64,000 nt of DNA from 'Osedax' symbiont bacterium Rs2_46_30_T18 (GTDB lineage: Bacteria; Pseudomonadota; Gammaproteobacteria; Pseudomonadales; Balneatricaceae): contig MABF01000273.1 in the NCBI GenBank assembly GCA_002163025.1, positions 4,456-68,455 on the forward strand, in the 5' to 3' direction. Both the position numbers and the translations under genes were made by a program. Each line of letters opens with the position of its first letter. Within the stretch, counting starts at the first letter, position 1. This document shows, piece by piece, positions 1 to 10,017 of the stretch. The notes beneath the pieces are model-generated. The model was not told the DNA's origin, searched no databases, and saw nothing but the letters and a program-made list of their open reading frames with translations.

Positions 1-1235
1 CTTCCATCTATGACCCCCTGATCTATGACAACTTTAGTCACATTATCTATCGAGGGCAATTCATACATAATATCCAGTAGTGACCCCTCTAAGATAGATC
101 GTAAGCCACGAGCACCAGTTTTACGCTCCAGAGCATTCGCGGCGATAGCAATCAACGCCTCTTCTCTGAAATCAATTTCAGCGCCCTCTAGCTCAAATAG
201 TTTGCCATACTGGCGTACTAAACTATTTTTAGGCTCGGTCAAAATCTGAATTAGCGCGTCTTGATCTAACTCTTCCAAGGTTGCAATCATCGGCAGACGG
301 CCTACAAACTCAGGAATCAAACCAAATTTAACCAGGTCTTCAGATTCAATCTCACGCAGAGTCTCGGACAATGAACGGGCATTGTCTTTGCTTTTAACCA
401 CTGCATTAAAACCAATGGAACCCTTTTCAGAACGGTCACTGATTATTTTTTCCAACCCGGAAAACGCCCCACCACAGATAAACAAGATGTTAGAGGTATC
501 TACCTGCAAAAACTCTTGTTGAGGGTGCTTGCGTCCACCTTGAGGTGGAATAGAGGCCACTGTACCTTCAATCAACTTCAACAGGGCCTGCTGAACACCT
601 TCACCGGATACATCTCTGGTGATTGATGGGTTGTCTGACTTGCGCGAAATTTTATCAATTTCATCAATATAGACAATACCGCGCTCTGCCCGTTCGACAT
701 CGTAATCACATTTTTGCAGTAACTTCTGCACTATGTTTTCAACGTCTTCTCCGACATAGCCAGCCTCAGTTAAGGTAGTGGCATCTGCGATAGTAAAAGG
801 TACATTTAACATCCGCGCCAAGGTTTGGGCCAACAGCGTTTTTCCGCTGCCCGTTGGACCTATCAGCAATATGTTACTTTTACTTAATTCTACCGAGTCA
901 TCATCTTTGTCTTTGCTGCTAGCCTGAAAACGCAAACGTTTATAATGGTTATATACAGCAACTGACAATACTTTTTTTGCTTGCTCTTGGCCGATGACGT
1001 AGTCGTCTAACTTAATGCGAATCTCTTGGGGAGTAGGCAGTTGATCAGACTCAGCAGGCGCCTCTTCAGCGTTACTGATCTCCTCGCGTATAATGTCATT
1101 ACACAAGTCAACACATTCGTCACAGATGAAAACTGAAGGCCCAGCAATCAACTTTTTAACTTCATCTTGATTTTTGCCACAAAAAGAGCAGATTAATTTC
1201 CCACCCTTGCCTTTATCGTCGATGTTATCACTCAT
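1..1235 (-). CDS. clpX: ATP-dependent Clp protease ATP-binding subunit ClpX (3' end lies outside the window)
   Basis: The reverse strand from ATG (complement of 1233-1235) reads [45 protein letters not shown]. This is the zinc-ribbon CxxC..CxxC, followed by Walker A GPTGSGKT and then ...[38 protein letters not shown]. The frame stays open to position 1. It is missing from the ORF track because it is truncated. Confidence 0.95.
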   Translation of the reverse strand, partial: MSDNIDDKGKGGKLICSFCGKNQDEVKKLIAGPSVFICDECVDLCNDIIREEISNAEEAPAESDQLPTPQEIRIKLDDYVIGQEQAKKVLSVAVYNHYKRLRFQASSKDKDDDSVELSKSNILLIGPTGSGKTLLAQTLARMLNVPFTIADATTLTEAGYVGEDVENIVQKLLQKCDYDVERAERGIVYIDEIDKISRKSDNPSITRDVSGEGVQQALLKLIEGTVASIPPQGGRKHPQQEFLQVDTSNILFICGGAFSGLEKIISDRSEKGSIGFNAVVKSKDNARSLSETLREIESEDLVKFGLIPEFVGRLPMIATLEELDQDALIQILTEPKNSLVRQYGKLFELEGAEIDFREEALIAIAANALERKTGARGLRSILEGSLLDIMYELPSIDNVTKVVIDQGVIDG

Positions 1236-1419
1236 TCGACTTCCTCATTTACAGTGCTATATCTTTATCTGAATGATCACTGGACCTAACAGCTACTGGC
1301 CCAGATACTCTCAATGAAGACTTTAGCATAAAGTTATTGCTCAAAGCCTTCAGAAAAAATCTCTATTTACCAGTATAGCTCAAATTCAAGGCGCTTAAAC
1401 TATACTGTTTACATCAATT

Positions 1420-2055
1420 TTATACAGCTGTCGGACGCTGCTCAATGACTTCATCCACCAAACCGTACTCCGCCGCTTCTTTCGCGCTCATGAAGTTATC
1501 ACGATCGGTATCACGACGAATAATATCTATATCTTGACCGGTATGCTTGGCCATCAAATTATTAAGTTTCTCTCTGATAGACAAGATTTCTTTGGTATGT
1601 ATTTCTATATCAGATGCCTGCCCCTGATAACCGCCCAGAGGTTGATGAATCATAACTCTTGAGTTTGGCAGTGCGAAACGCTTACCCTCAGCGCCTGCTG
1701 TTAACAGGAAGGCACCCATGCTCGCGGCTTGCCCCAAGCAAATGGTGCTGATATCCGGTTTTATAAACTGCATTGTATCGTAGATAGACATCCCCGCTGT
1801 TACCGACCCACCCGGTGAGTTGATATACAAGTGAATATCCTTATCTGGATTTTCTGCTTCTAAAAACAACATTTGCGCAACGATTAAGTTCGCCATATGG
1901 TCTTCGACCTGACCGACCATAAAAATAACGCGCTCTTTCAGTAAACGGGAATAAATATCATATGAGCGCTCTCCTCTGGCGGTCTGCTCTACCACCATAG
2001 GCACAAGAGCCGCACTAGGATCTAAACTAGGACTACCTTGATAAATACCTGACAT
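1420..2055 (-). CDS. clpP: ATP-dependent Clp protease proteolytic subunit ClpP
   Basis: 211 aa. It has [17 protein letters not shown], the catalytic-Ser context [11 protein letters not shown] and MIHQPLGG. It sits in the classic tig-clpP-clpX order. Confidence 0.95.
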   Translation of the reverse strand: MSGIYQGSPSLDPSAALVPMVVEQTARGERSYDIYSRLLKERVIFMVGQVEDHMANLIVAQMLFLEAENPDKDIHLYINSPGGSVTAGMSIYDTMQFIKPDISTICLGQAASMGAFLLTAGAEGKRFALPNSRVMIHQPLGGYQGQASDIEIHTKEILSIREKLNNLMAKHTGQDIDIIRRDTDRDNFMSAKEAAEYGLVDEVIEQRPTAV

Positions 2056-2080
2056 GTAAATTCTCCTTCAGCGGATAAAA

Positions 2081-2120
2081 CAAAAAAACGATAGCCAGTT
2101 CACACTTACTATCGTTTTTT
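2081..2120 (-). terminator. Rho-independent terminator downstream of tig
   Basis: Stem AACGATAG...CTATCGTT is flanked by an A-run and a T-run. On the minus strand the hairpin is followed by TTTTTTTG. Confidence 0.6.
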
Positions 2121-2155
2121 AAATTGACTAAACAGCACAAAATGTGTGCATAGGC

Positions 2156-3493
2156 TTACTCTTCGTTAGCTTCGTCTTCTGCTTGAGGCTGAGCTGCAGG
2201 CTTTATGGCCTCTTCATAGCTAACAGCTGTTTCATTAACTTTAGCAGAACTTAGTAAATGATCAATTACTTGATCTTCAATAACTAAGCTTTTAACTTGA
2301 TTGAGCATGTCATCGTTGTTGTAGTAGTGATCAACAACTTCTTTAGGGTCTTGATATGTCTGAGCCATCTCTTCGATAGTGCTGCGAACACGCTCATCAT
2401 CGGCCTTAATTTCGTTGCTCTTGATCACTTCCTGGACCAGTAAACCAACAGAGACACGACGCTTCGCCTGATCAGTAAACATTTCTTTCGGCAACATATT
2501 GAAATCAAGGTTAGCACCCTCTCCGCCATACTGCTGTACAGCCTGCTTACGCAAGTTATCAATTTCGCCATCGACAAGTGCAGTAGGTACTGCGATTGCA
2601 TTAAGCTCTACTAACTTAGCAAATACTTGATCTTTAAGCTTACCTTTAAGAGACTGAGTCATCTCGCGGCTCATGTTCTTTTCAACATCAACCTTAAAGC
2701 TTTCCAGATCAGCAGAATCCATACCGAACTTCTTGAAAAACTCTTCATTTAGTTCAGGAAGCGTAGGTTCGGAGATAGTCTTAGCTGTCGCCTTAAATAC
2801 CGCTTCTTGACCTTTAAGGTTTTCAGCCTGGTAGTCATCCGGGAAAGTAACTTTAATATCAAATTCTTTAGCCGTTTTTTTACCGATAACAGCCTCTTCA
2901 AAACCGGGGATCATAGAGCTTGAACCCAAGATAAGATCAACACCTTCGCCTTTTCCGCCTTCAAAGGCTTCATCGCCGATAAAACCTTCAAAGTCTAGTA
3001 CCACTTTGTCGCCATCTTTGGCTGCGCGCTTAACTTCAGACCATTCAGTCTGTTGCTTACGCAGTGTTTCAACCATCTGGTCAACATCTGCAGCGGTGAT
3101 TTCTGCAGTTTCTTTGGCGACTTCTACTGCGGAGAAATCAGCCAGTTCGATTTCCGGGTAAACTTCAAAAGTAGCGACAAACTCTACATCTTTGCCTGCT
3201 TCATCAGTTTTCATTTCGATGCTAGGTCCGCCAGCTGGGATCAATTTTTCCTGCTGTACTGCCTCGTAAAAGCTCTGCTGCAAAATTTCGCCGACAACAT
3301 CTTGACGAATACCTGCACCGTAACGCTTTTGCACAACTTTAAGAGGCACTTTACCTGGGCGAAAGCCATCGATGCGCACAGTTCTAGCTGTTTGTTGTAC
3401 TTGTTTAACAACATCATTATCAATACGATCCGCCGGGATAGTAATGGTCATTTGACGCTCTAAGGCGGATTTCGTTTCAACTGAAACTTGCAT
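2156..3493 (-). CDS. tig: Trigger factor (ribosome-associated peptidyl-prolyl isomerase)
   Basis: MQVSVETKSALERQMTITIPA... and GFRPGKVP are typical of Tig. I chose the internal ATG at 3493 because a GAGGAA Shine-Dalgarno lies 4-9 nt upstream. The ORF-track start at 3526 adds 11 atypical residues. Confidence 0.95.
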   Translation of the reverse strand: MQVSVETKSALERQMTITIPADRIDNDVVKQVQQTARTVRIDGFRPGKVPLKVVQKRYGAGIRQDVVGEILQQSFYEAVQQEKLIPAGGPSIEMKTDEAGKDVEFVATFEVYPEIELADFSAVEVAKETAEITAADVDQMVETLRKQQTEWSEVKRAAKDGDKVVLDFEGFIGDEAFEGGKGEGVDLILGSSSMIPGFEEAVIGKKTAKEFDIKVTFPDDYQAENLKGQEAVFKATAKTISEPTLPELNEEFFKKFGMDSADLESFKVDVEKNMSREMTQSLKGKLKDQVFAKLVELNAIAVPTALVDGEIDNLRKQAVQQYGGEGANLDFNMLPKEMFTDQAKRRVSVGLLVQEVIKSNEIKADDERVRSTIEEMAQTYQDPKEVVDHYYNNDDMLNQVKSLVIEDQVIDHLLSSAKVNETAVSYEEAIKPAAQPQAEDEANEE

Positions 3494-3822
3494 GGAATTC
3501 CTCACAAATAAATACTTAGTGTTCATTCTAAACCCATCGAATCCGTTATTTGGACTGGGTTTAGATGCAAAGTGTCTAGCTACAGGTAATTAGCATTTAG
3601 ATAGGCTATTTAACTGCATAGACAAAATTATAAAGGCGGGAATTTTCCGCCACTTGGAAGAAATAGTCAAGAAATAACACGGAGTTTATAAAGGACTATT
3701 TTATCTTTTAATAACAATAGACAGATAATGGGGACAAATAATAAAAATCAAAGGCTAAATGTTAATTTATTGCCAAATGCTTTAGTAAAAGGGAAAAAGA
3801 TCAGGGATTAATACAGAGGGAA

Positions 3823-3899
3823 TGGGGTGAACGACGGGGTTTGAACCCGCGACCGCCGGAATCACAATCCGGAGCTCTACCGACTGAGCTACGCTCACC
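3823..3899 (-). tRNA. tRNA-His (anticodon GTG)
   Basis: The reverse complement is GGTGAGCGTAGCTCAGTCGGTAGAGCTCCGGATTGTGATTCCGG...TTCAAACCCCGTCGTTCACCCCA. It folds as a cloverleaf with an extra 5' G(-1), anticodon loop TTGTGAT and an encoded CCA. Confidence 0.9.
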
Positions 3900-3916
3900 A
3901 CAAAATGATATAAAAA

Positions 3917-4001
<85 letters not shown>

Positions 4002-4096
4002 GTGGCTAACAACAAATGCTATATCAAATATTTGCTGCATTCGACTTGTTTAAAAGTCTTTCTTTGCTTTTTTGGCTACTGCGCAAAGCCAGTAAA

Positions 4097-4181
<85 letters not shown>

Positions 4182-4253
4182 GTGGTCACCTAAATTCAGC
4201 GTTACACTGCCAGGCGTTTTCTGCTTTTTTTAGTTACTGTGCAAAGTCAGTAA

Positions 4254-4338
<85 letters not shown>

Positions 4339-4410
4339 GTGGTCACCTATCACAGTGTTGAACTGCTAGGTATTTCTCTGCTTTTTTGGTGACTGTGCAA
4401 AGTCAGTAAA

Positions 4411-4495
<85 letters not shown>

Positions 4496-4551
4496 GTGGT
4501 CTTACTCTGTACTTCGTGGATATTCGCAATTATCTGACTATTGTCAGAAAA

Positions 4552-4628
4552 TGGGGTGAACGACGGGGTTTGAACCCGCGACCGCCGGAATCACAATCCG
4601 GAGCTCTACCGACTGAGCTACGCTCACC
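4552..4628 (-). tRNA. tRNA-His (anticodon GTG), second copy
   Basis: The sequence is the same as 3823-3899. Confidence 0.9.
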
Positions 4629-4649
4629 ATTACACCACAGGGTAAGTTC

Positions 4650-4726
4650 TGGTACGCCCACCAGGGCTCGAACCTGGAACCTACGCCTTAGAAGGGCGTT
4701 GCTCTATCCAATTGAGCTATGGGCGC
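4650..4726 (-). tRNA. tRNA-Arg (anticodon TCT)
   Basis: The reverse complement is GCGCCCATAGCTCAATTGGATAGAGCAACGCCCTTCTAAGGCGTAGGTTCCAGGTTCGAGCCCTGGTGGGCGTACCA. The anticodon loop is CTTCTAA. Confidence 0.9.
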
Positions 4727-4788
4727 TTAACTTACCCTTCCCTGCAGTTTTTCAAGGATTAAATTGATCCGCTACAAGAGAGGTGCGT

Positions 4789-4850
4789 ATCCTAATCGCG
4801 CCTCCCCCTATCGTCAAGCATGTTTTAGTTAAAATTATAAATAATTCTCA
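4789..4850 (-). promoter_or_regulatory. Candidate sigma70 promoter with AT-rich UP-like element for the tRNA operon
   Basis: On the minus strand: TTGACG (complement of 4812-4817), a 17-nt spacer, then TAGGAT (complement of 4789-4794). A very AT-rich tract (4820-4850) lies upstream. The site is about 60 nt upstream of tRNA-Arg. Confidence 0.45.
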
Positions 4851-5044
4851 ATCTTTGGCAAACTGCCACTTGATTGGCAGAACTGCCTATATCCGCAAAG
4901 GCATTTGCTGCCAAACTGTACATTTAGCAGCCATCCTAGATTAAGCTTAGGCACCGCCACTTTCTCTTATAGGCTACTAATCCTTATACGCATTCGCTAA
5001 ACTAGCGTTAATTCTTTAGCCCACAGTACAAGCATAAATACGAA

Positions 5045-6826
5045 ATGAGCAAACTCACCCTCAGACCCTACCAGCGCGACGCAGTCTCTGCGACGGTCCA
5101 GCACTTTAAAAAGCATGACAGTGCCGCTGTTATAGTGCTTCCCACTGGAGCCGGTAAGAGTTTAGTTATCGCCGAGCTCGCTGCTATCGCCAATTATAAA
5201 GTACTGGTTCTGGCCCACGTCAAAGAACTGGTTGAACAGAACCAGAAAAAATTTCACCTTTACGGGCTTAAATCTAGTGTTTTTTCCGCGGGTTTAAAGC
5301 AAAAAGACAGTAGCGCCAAAGTGGTCTTTGCCAGCATTCAGTCCGCGGTACGTAATCTTGATCAATTCCAGCAGCAATTCAGCTTGGTGATTATTGACGA
5401 GTGCCACCGAATCAGTGACGATAGCGATAGCCAGTACGCAACAATTATTAAAACTTTGCAGCGGCAAAATGGTAATTTGAAAGTACTGGGGCTGACTGCT
5501 ACCCCTTACCGACTGGGCTCCGGCTGGATATACCAGTACCACCATCACGGTTTTACCCGCGCAGACAGCCCCCGCGCTTTTTTGCACTGTATCTATGAGC
5601 TGCCACTGAGCTATATGATCAAACACAAATTCCTTACCCCGCCGAAAGTCTACGATGCCACTATAGCCGAGTATGACTTTTCGCAACTGCCCGGCTATCA
5701 AAACGCCAGTTATAGCAGTGGTGAGTTGAATCAATTATTAGTCAAGCATCAGCGAGTGACACAATCCATTATCGAGCAAGTAGTAGAGTTATCCCGAACG
5801 CGTCAGGGGGTAATGATTTTTGCCGCAACGGTTAAACACGCACAAGAAATCCTCAGCTACCTGCCCTTTGATCAAAGCGCATTAATCATTGGCGATACCG
5901 ATCACAGTGAAAGAGATCGACTGATTCAGGCATTTAAAGACAAAAAGATTAAATTTCTGGTCAATGTGTCTGTTTTGACCACAGGCTTTGATGCCCCGCA
6001 TGTCGATGTAATTGCTCTGTTACGCCCCACCCAATCGGTGAGTTTATTCCAGCAAATTGTCGGCCGGGGCCTGCGCTTAGCCCCTGATAAAGAGAATTGC
6101 TTGATCCTCGATTACACCGGCAGCCAATTTAATATCTTTCACCCGGAGGTGGGAGATGTAAAACCGGATTCAGAAAGCCAACCAGTACAAGTTTTTTGCC
6201 CGCTGTGTAATTTCGCCAATATTTTTTGGGGGAAATGTAATGCGCAAGGAGATATTATCGAACATTTTGGCCGCCGCTGCCAAGGGCTATGTGGCGATAC
6301 AGATACTCAGCCAGATATGTTTAGCACTGACAATCACACACAGGGCCGGGACCCTCGCTGTCAGTTCAGGTTCCGCTTTAAAAGCTGTCCCAATTGCAAT
6401 GCCGAGAACGATATTGCAGCGCGCGACTGCCGCAGCTGTCATCAAGCTCTGGTAGATCCTGACGATCAATTAAAAAAAGCGCTGCAACTAAAAGATGCCA
6501 AAGTTATTCGCTGTGCCGGCATTAGCTTAGAAGAAAATAAGGGTAAACTAAAAATCACTTATCACGACGAACAAGGTGAGACCTTAACCGAGCATTTCAA
6601 TATCGCCAACAAGGGCCAGCGCGCAGTCTTCGACAAACTATTCTCGCGGCGTTTACCCGTGCAATTCCAACATCAACTGCCCAGCGAATTGCAACAAATA
6701 TTAAAAATAGCACAGGCTTATCCAAGTCCGGATTTTGTGATTGCGCGCAAGAGCGGCCACTTTTGGCGCGTGGTCGATAGAATTTTTGACTACCAAGGCA
6801 ATTATCGTAGAGCTAATCAACTGTGA
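5045..6826 (+). CDS. radD: Superfamily 2 DNA repair helicase RadD (YejH)
   Basis: LRPYQRDAV, Walker A LPTGAGKS, the DECH box IIDECHRI, TATPYRLG and QQIVGRGLRL are present. The C-terminus has zinc-ribbon cysteines (CPLCNFAN, FRFRFKSCPNCNAENDIAARDCRSC). The whole protein is collinear with my recollection of E. coli RadD. Confidence 0.85.
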   Translation: MSKLTLRPYQRDAVSATVQHFKKHDSAAVIVLPTGAGKSLVIAELAAIANYKVLVLAHVKELVEQNQKKFHLYGLKSSVFSAGLKQKDSSAKVVFASIQSAVRNLDQFQQQFSLVIIDECHRISDDSDSQYATIIKTLQRQNGNLKVLGLTATPYRLGSGWIYQYHHHGFTRADSPRAFLHCIYELPLSYMIKHKFLTPPKVYDATIAEYDFSQLPGYQNASYSSGELNQLLVKHQRVTQSIIEQVVELSRTRQGVMIFAATVKHAQEILSYLPFDQSALIIGDTDHSERDRLIQAFKDKKIKFLVNVSVLTTGFDAPHVDVIALLRPTQSVSLFQQIVGRGLRLAPDKENCLILDYTGSQFNIFHPEVGDVKPDSESQPVQVFCPLCNFANIFWGKCNAQGDIIEHFGRRCQGLCGDTDTQPDMFSTDNHTQGRDPRCQFRFRFKSCPNCNAENDIAARDCRSCHQALVDPDDQLKKALQLKDAKVIRCAGISLEENKGKLKITYHDEQGETLTEHFNIANKGQRAVFDKLFSRRLPVQFQHQLPSELQQILKIAQAYPSPDFVIARKSGHFWRVVDRIFDYQGNYRRANQL

Positions 6827-6981
6827 ATCAAAATTCTGTAATGCTCGATCGCAACTGCTCAAAGCTATAAAAAAGCGCTCTTGTGTATCAATTGGATTGC
6901 CGATCAACTATAAAAATTGCTAGTCTTAAACAGAAATTTCAGCGCTGCGCTGTTGGCATAACACAGGAGCAACATTTAACT

Positions 6982-7293
6982 ATGGAGCCATCCAATCGAG
7001 AGCGAATCTGGCAGGTAATTCACTCTATCCCCGCGGGAAAAGTATCTACCTATGGCAAAGTTGCCGCGATGGCCGGGCTGCCCAATCGCGCCAGAGCAGT
7101 TGGCCGCTATTTATCTGAGTTACCCGAAGGTAGCCGTATTCCCTGGTTCAGAGTAATTAACGCTCAGGGAAAAATCTCTTTTGCCGTCGGTACTGAGCGC
7201 TTTGTGACGCAAAAACAAAAACTACAGAGCGAAGATATAAATTTTTCCAATAACAGAGTCGATTTAAAAACCTATCTGTGGCAAGGTGAGTAA
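6982..7293 (+). CDS. MGMT-family DNA-binding protein without an obvious catalytic PCHR motif (Atl/YbaZ-like alkyltransferase-like protein)
   Basis: IPAGKVSTYGKVAAMAGLPNRARAVGR...IPWFRVINAQGKISF matches the MGMT C-terminal fold. The active-site position reads PWFRV rather than PCHRV. I chose the ATG at 6982, 12 nt after AGGAG; the ORF track starts at 6883. Confidence 0.7.
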   Translation: MEPSNRERIWQVIHSIPAGKVSTYGKVAAMAGLPNRARAVGRYLSELPEGSRIPWFRVINAQGKISFAVGTERFVTQKQKLQSEDINFSNNRVDLKTYLWQGE

Positions 7294-7507
7294 ACTCTGA
7301 TCTATTAGTCACTCTTTAGCTGCACGAATATAGCGCAACCGGAATCGATTTAACCGGGATTTTAGCGTCAAGTATTCACAGAGCCTATTAAAGCCAAGCA
7401 GACAGTGACTGACATTAAAATTGCAACACAGAGTGCCGCTAATAGGACTATAGCAATCGACCGAAATGGACATGAAATGTAACCAAACTAACCAGTAAAC
7501 ACTTCCT

Positions 7508-8629
7508 ATGAACAATCGCATTTTACAACAAGAAAACGCGCAGCTAAAAAAGACTCTACAGATTGCTGTTAAAGAGGCGCAACGAAATGAGGAAATCCTC
7601 AAGCGTTTTATGGACATTGAAGTACAAATGCTTGCTTGCGGAAAGTTATCGCAGTTAATAAACTTGTTACTGGTCGACTTCAAACATACTTTTAAACTCA
7701 GCGTTGTCACTATCTACCTGCACAACAAAGATCAATTAGCGGAATCGCTACTACAAGACGTCGATCCCGCTTTAAAGAAACACTTGCGAATCGTTCAAGA
7801 GCTGCAGAGCATCAGCGAAATTTTCCCAGAAAGAAAAATACGCGCCGGCGAGCTGGATCGACCGCTGCGCAAACAGCTATTCCCTGACAACCCGTTTATT
7901 TTAAGCTCTGTATTATTACCGCTGATTAATAAAGATAGGCTGATTGGCAGCTTGCACTTAGGTGCCCGCGAACTAAACCGCTATCACAGCGAGTACAGAT
8001 ACGACTATTTGGAACGTTTATCGGCACTGCTGGCGGTTTGCATTGAAAACTGCATCATTCAAGAAAATCTGGCCTATCTGAGCAGCACTGATACGCTAAC
8101 TAAACTGTATAACCGACACAGTTTTGATCTGGAGATAGACAAGGCACTGCAAAGAGCGAGCAGAACACAACAGTGCCTGAGCTTACTTTTTTTAGATATA
8201 GACCACTTTAAACAAGTGAATGACAACTATGGCCACAGCGGAGGTGACGCTATCCTTAAAACCTTTGCCAGCATCCTTAAAAAGCAGTTGAGAAACACTG
8301 ACTTCCTGGCTCGCTTTGGCGGTGAGGAATTTGCCATTTTACTCCCCGACTGTGAACCCCAGCAAGCGGCACAAATTTCCAACAACCTGCGTGCCGTGGT
8401 CGCGGATCACATGTTCAAAACGGGCTCAATCAAGGACATCAAAGTGACAACTTCTATAGGTGTCAGTAGCTATCTACCCATACACAATGACATGCAAAGC
8501 TTTTCTGAGCTGGCTAAAATCTTACTGCAGACGTCTGACCAGGCACTCTACCAAGCTAAGTTCAGCGGTAGAAATAAGGTCGTATACAAAGCTATTCCTC
8601 TACTAGCACGTCAGCTTAACTGTAGTTAA
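7508..8629 (+). CDS. Diguanylate cyclase with an N-terminal coiled coil, a GAF-like sensor region and a GGDEF domain
   Basis: The C-terminal domain reads TDTLTKLYNRHSFD...DIDHFKQVNDNYGHSGGD...ARFGGEEFAILLPD, with an intact GGEEF active site. An RxxD-like sequence lies upstream. Confidence 0.85.
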   Translation: MNNRILQQENAQLKKTLQIAVKEAQRNEEILKRFMDIEVQMLACGKLSQLINLLLVDFKHTFKLSVVTIYLHNKDQLAESLLQDVDPALKKHLRIVQELQSISEIFPERKIRAGELDRPLRKQLFPDNPFILSSVLLPLINKDRLIGSLHLGARELNRYHSEYRYDYLERLSALLAVCIENCIIQENLAYLSSTDTLTKLYNRHSFDLEIDKALQRASRTQQCLSLLFLDIDHFKQVNDNYGHSGGDAILKTFASILKKQLRNTDFLARFGGEEFAILLPDCEPQQAAQISNNLRAVVADHMFKTGSIKDIKVTTSIGVSSYLPIHNDMQSFSELAKILLQTSDQALYQAKFSGRNKVVYKAIPLLARQLNCS

Positions 8630-8652
8630 AGCAGAGGACTGAATCTACCCTT

Positions 8653-9318
8653 TCAGCTTGTACTCTCACCCTTGAGCTTCACCTCTTCGCTACCCACCCT
8701 GCTCAGTTGCAGCGAGTAATACCCACCCACCACTCGAGTCAGTGTTGTAACCCAACAGATGGCACTAAAAAACAGTGCTATGCTAATAAAATATTCTGGC
8801 AACAGGCAACAGCATAACAGCAGCAAAATAGTTTCAGTTCCCTCAGCCAACCCCCCAAGATAATAGAATCCTTTATTGGGATAAGTCATACTTTTTATGG
8901 ATCGGCGCTCCGCCATAATTGCAAAGGCCAGAAAACTACTACCTGTGCCCATAAAGGAAAATAACAGCAGTGCGGCTACCAACGCATTTTCAGCCGGCTG
9001 AGCCAGTGCAAAACCAAACACTACCGCAGAGTAGAAAATAAAATCCAACACTATATCTAAAAATCCACCGGCATCAGTCGCTGACGATGCCCTGGCGAGC
9101 GCACCGTCAAGACCATCACAAAGTCGATTAAAAACAATAATTACGGCGGCCAGTAAATAGTACTCTAACGCCAGCGCCGGAATCACCAGCAGACCGATTA
9201 TAAAACCACTGATAGTCACTTGGTTTGCCGTTACCCCAAAAGTATCCAGCTTGCCGGCAACCCACTGTAGTGATGGAGAAATCACTCTCAAACTCCAGCG
9301 ATCTAACATTCGCTGCAA
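8653..9318 (-). CDS. ynjF: CDP-alcohol phosphatidyltransferase family membrane protein, YnjF-like
   Basis: It carries the signature DGLDGALAR...TDAGGFLDIVLDFIFY (D-x2-DG-x2-AR...G-x3-D-x3-D). It is multi-pass and hydrophobic. GFYYLGGLAEGTETILL is collinear with E. coli YnjF as I recall it. The start may instead be the MLDRW methionine at 9309. Confidence 0.75.
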   Translation of the reverse strand: MQRMLDRWSLRVISPSLQWVAGKLDTFGVTANQVTISGFIIGLLVIPALALEYYLLAAVIIVFNRLCDGLDGALARASSATDAGGFLDIVLDFIFYSAVVFGFALAQPAENALVAALLLFSFMGTGSSFLAFAIMAERRSIKSMTYPNKGFYYLGGLAEGTETILLLLCCCLLPEYFISIALFFSAICWVTTLTRVVGGYYSLQLSRVGSEEVKLKGESTS

Positions 9319-9340
9319 CCTTGATTGATTTTAGAAAATT

Positions 9341-10015
9341 TCATATATTTGCTCCATTTAACATCTGCATCTGGGCATCCTGCAGGGAATAAAACTGGCT
9401 ATTGGGACAATCCCGCCGATCGTGACTAACCATCAGTGCTGGAATGTTCATTATGTCAATCTGCGCAAACACAAACTGTCGGAAATCTTGACGTAACGCT
9501 TCATCTAAACGCGAAAAAGGCTCATCTAATAACAGTAATTTCGGCCTGGCCAGTAGGCTGCGCAACAAACTGACCCTGGCCCTCTGTCCGCCTGACAAGG
9601 TAGCCACGTCACGCTTTTCAAAGCCCGCCAAACCGGCACTCGCCAGCGCCCGCTGAACGCTGTCCAGGCGCTGCAGGCTATCGCCTCTGGGCAGCGCAAA
9701 CAACAGATTACCGGCGACGTCTAAATGCGGGAACAACAAATCATCCTGGTAGACAATAGCGACTTCTCGACGCTCCATCGCCAAGGCGTTGAGCTGCTTA
9801 CCTTGTAAGCGGATATTACCACGCAATTCAAATTCACTGGGGCTACTACCGGCAATAGCCGCCAGTAAACTTGATTTACCGCAACCACTTGGCCCCATCA
9901 CCACCAATAACTCTCCAGCGGTTAACTGAATAGAGATTTCTGGAAATAGAGCAACTCCATCGAGCCGCAGTTGCAAATTTTGTAATTCAAAAGCAATAGG
10001 ATTTAGTTGCGTCAA
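9341..10015 (-). CDS. ynjD: ABC transporter ATP-binding protein, YnjD-like
   Basis: Walker A GPSGCGKSS, the signature LSGGQRARV and Walker B LLLLDEPFS are present. It sits immediately downstream of the permease. Confidence 0.8.
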   Translation of the reverse strand: MTQLNPIAFELQNLQLRLDGVALFPEISIQLTAGELLVVMGPSGCGKSSLLAAIAGSSPSEFELRGNIRLQGKQLNALAMERREVAIVYQDDLLFPHLDVAGNLLFALPRGDSLQRLDSVQRALASAGLAGFEKRDVATLSGGQRARVSLLRSLLARPKLLLLDEPFSRLDEALRQDFRQFVFAQIDIMNIPALMVSHDRRDCPNSQFYSLQDAQMQMLNGANI

Positions 10016-10017
10016 TG

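Noticed and set aside
25-249. 74-aa plus-strand ORF from the ORF track
   Set aside because: It lies entirely antisense to clpX, whose frame reads through with clear homology. It has no ribosome-binding site and a low-complexity composition.
3053-3463. 136-aa and 60-aa ORFs inside tig. Similar antisense or internal ORFs occur in radD, uvrB, ynjC, topA, dinG, uup, ccoN (for example 51915-52421 and 51407-51895), ccoG, ccoI and lapD
   Set aside because: All are nested within or antisense to genes with strong family signatures. Their Cys/Ser/Leu/Arg-rich compositions are typical of out-of-frame translation.
7309-7710. 133-aa minus-strand ORF overlapping the start of the diguanylate cyclase gene
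   Set aside because: It overlaps a well-supported GGDEF gene on the opposite strand, has a Cys/Ser/Leu-rich low-complexity sequence, and shows no motif.
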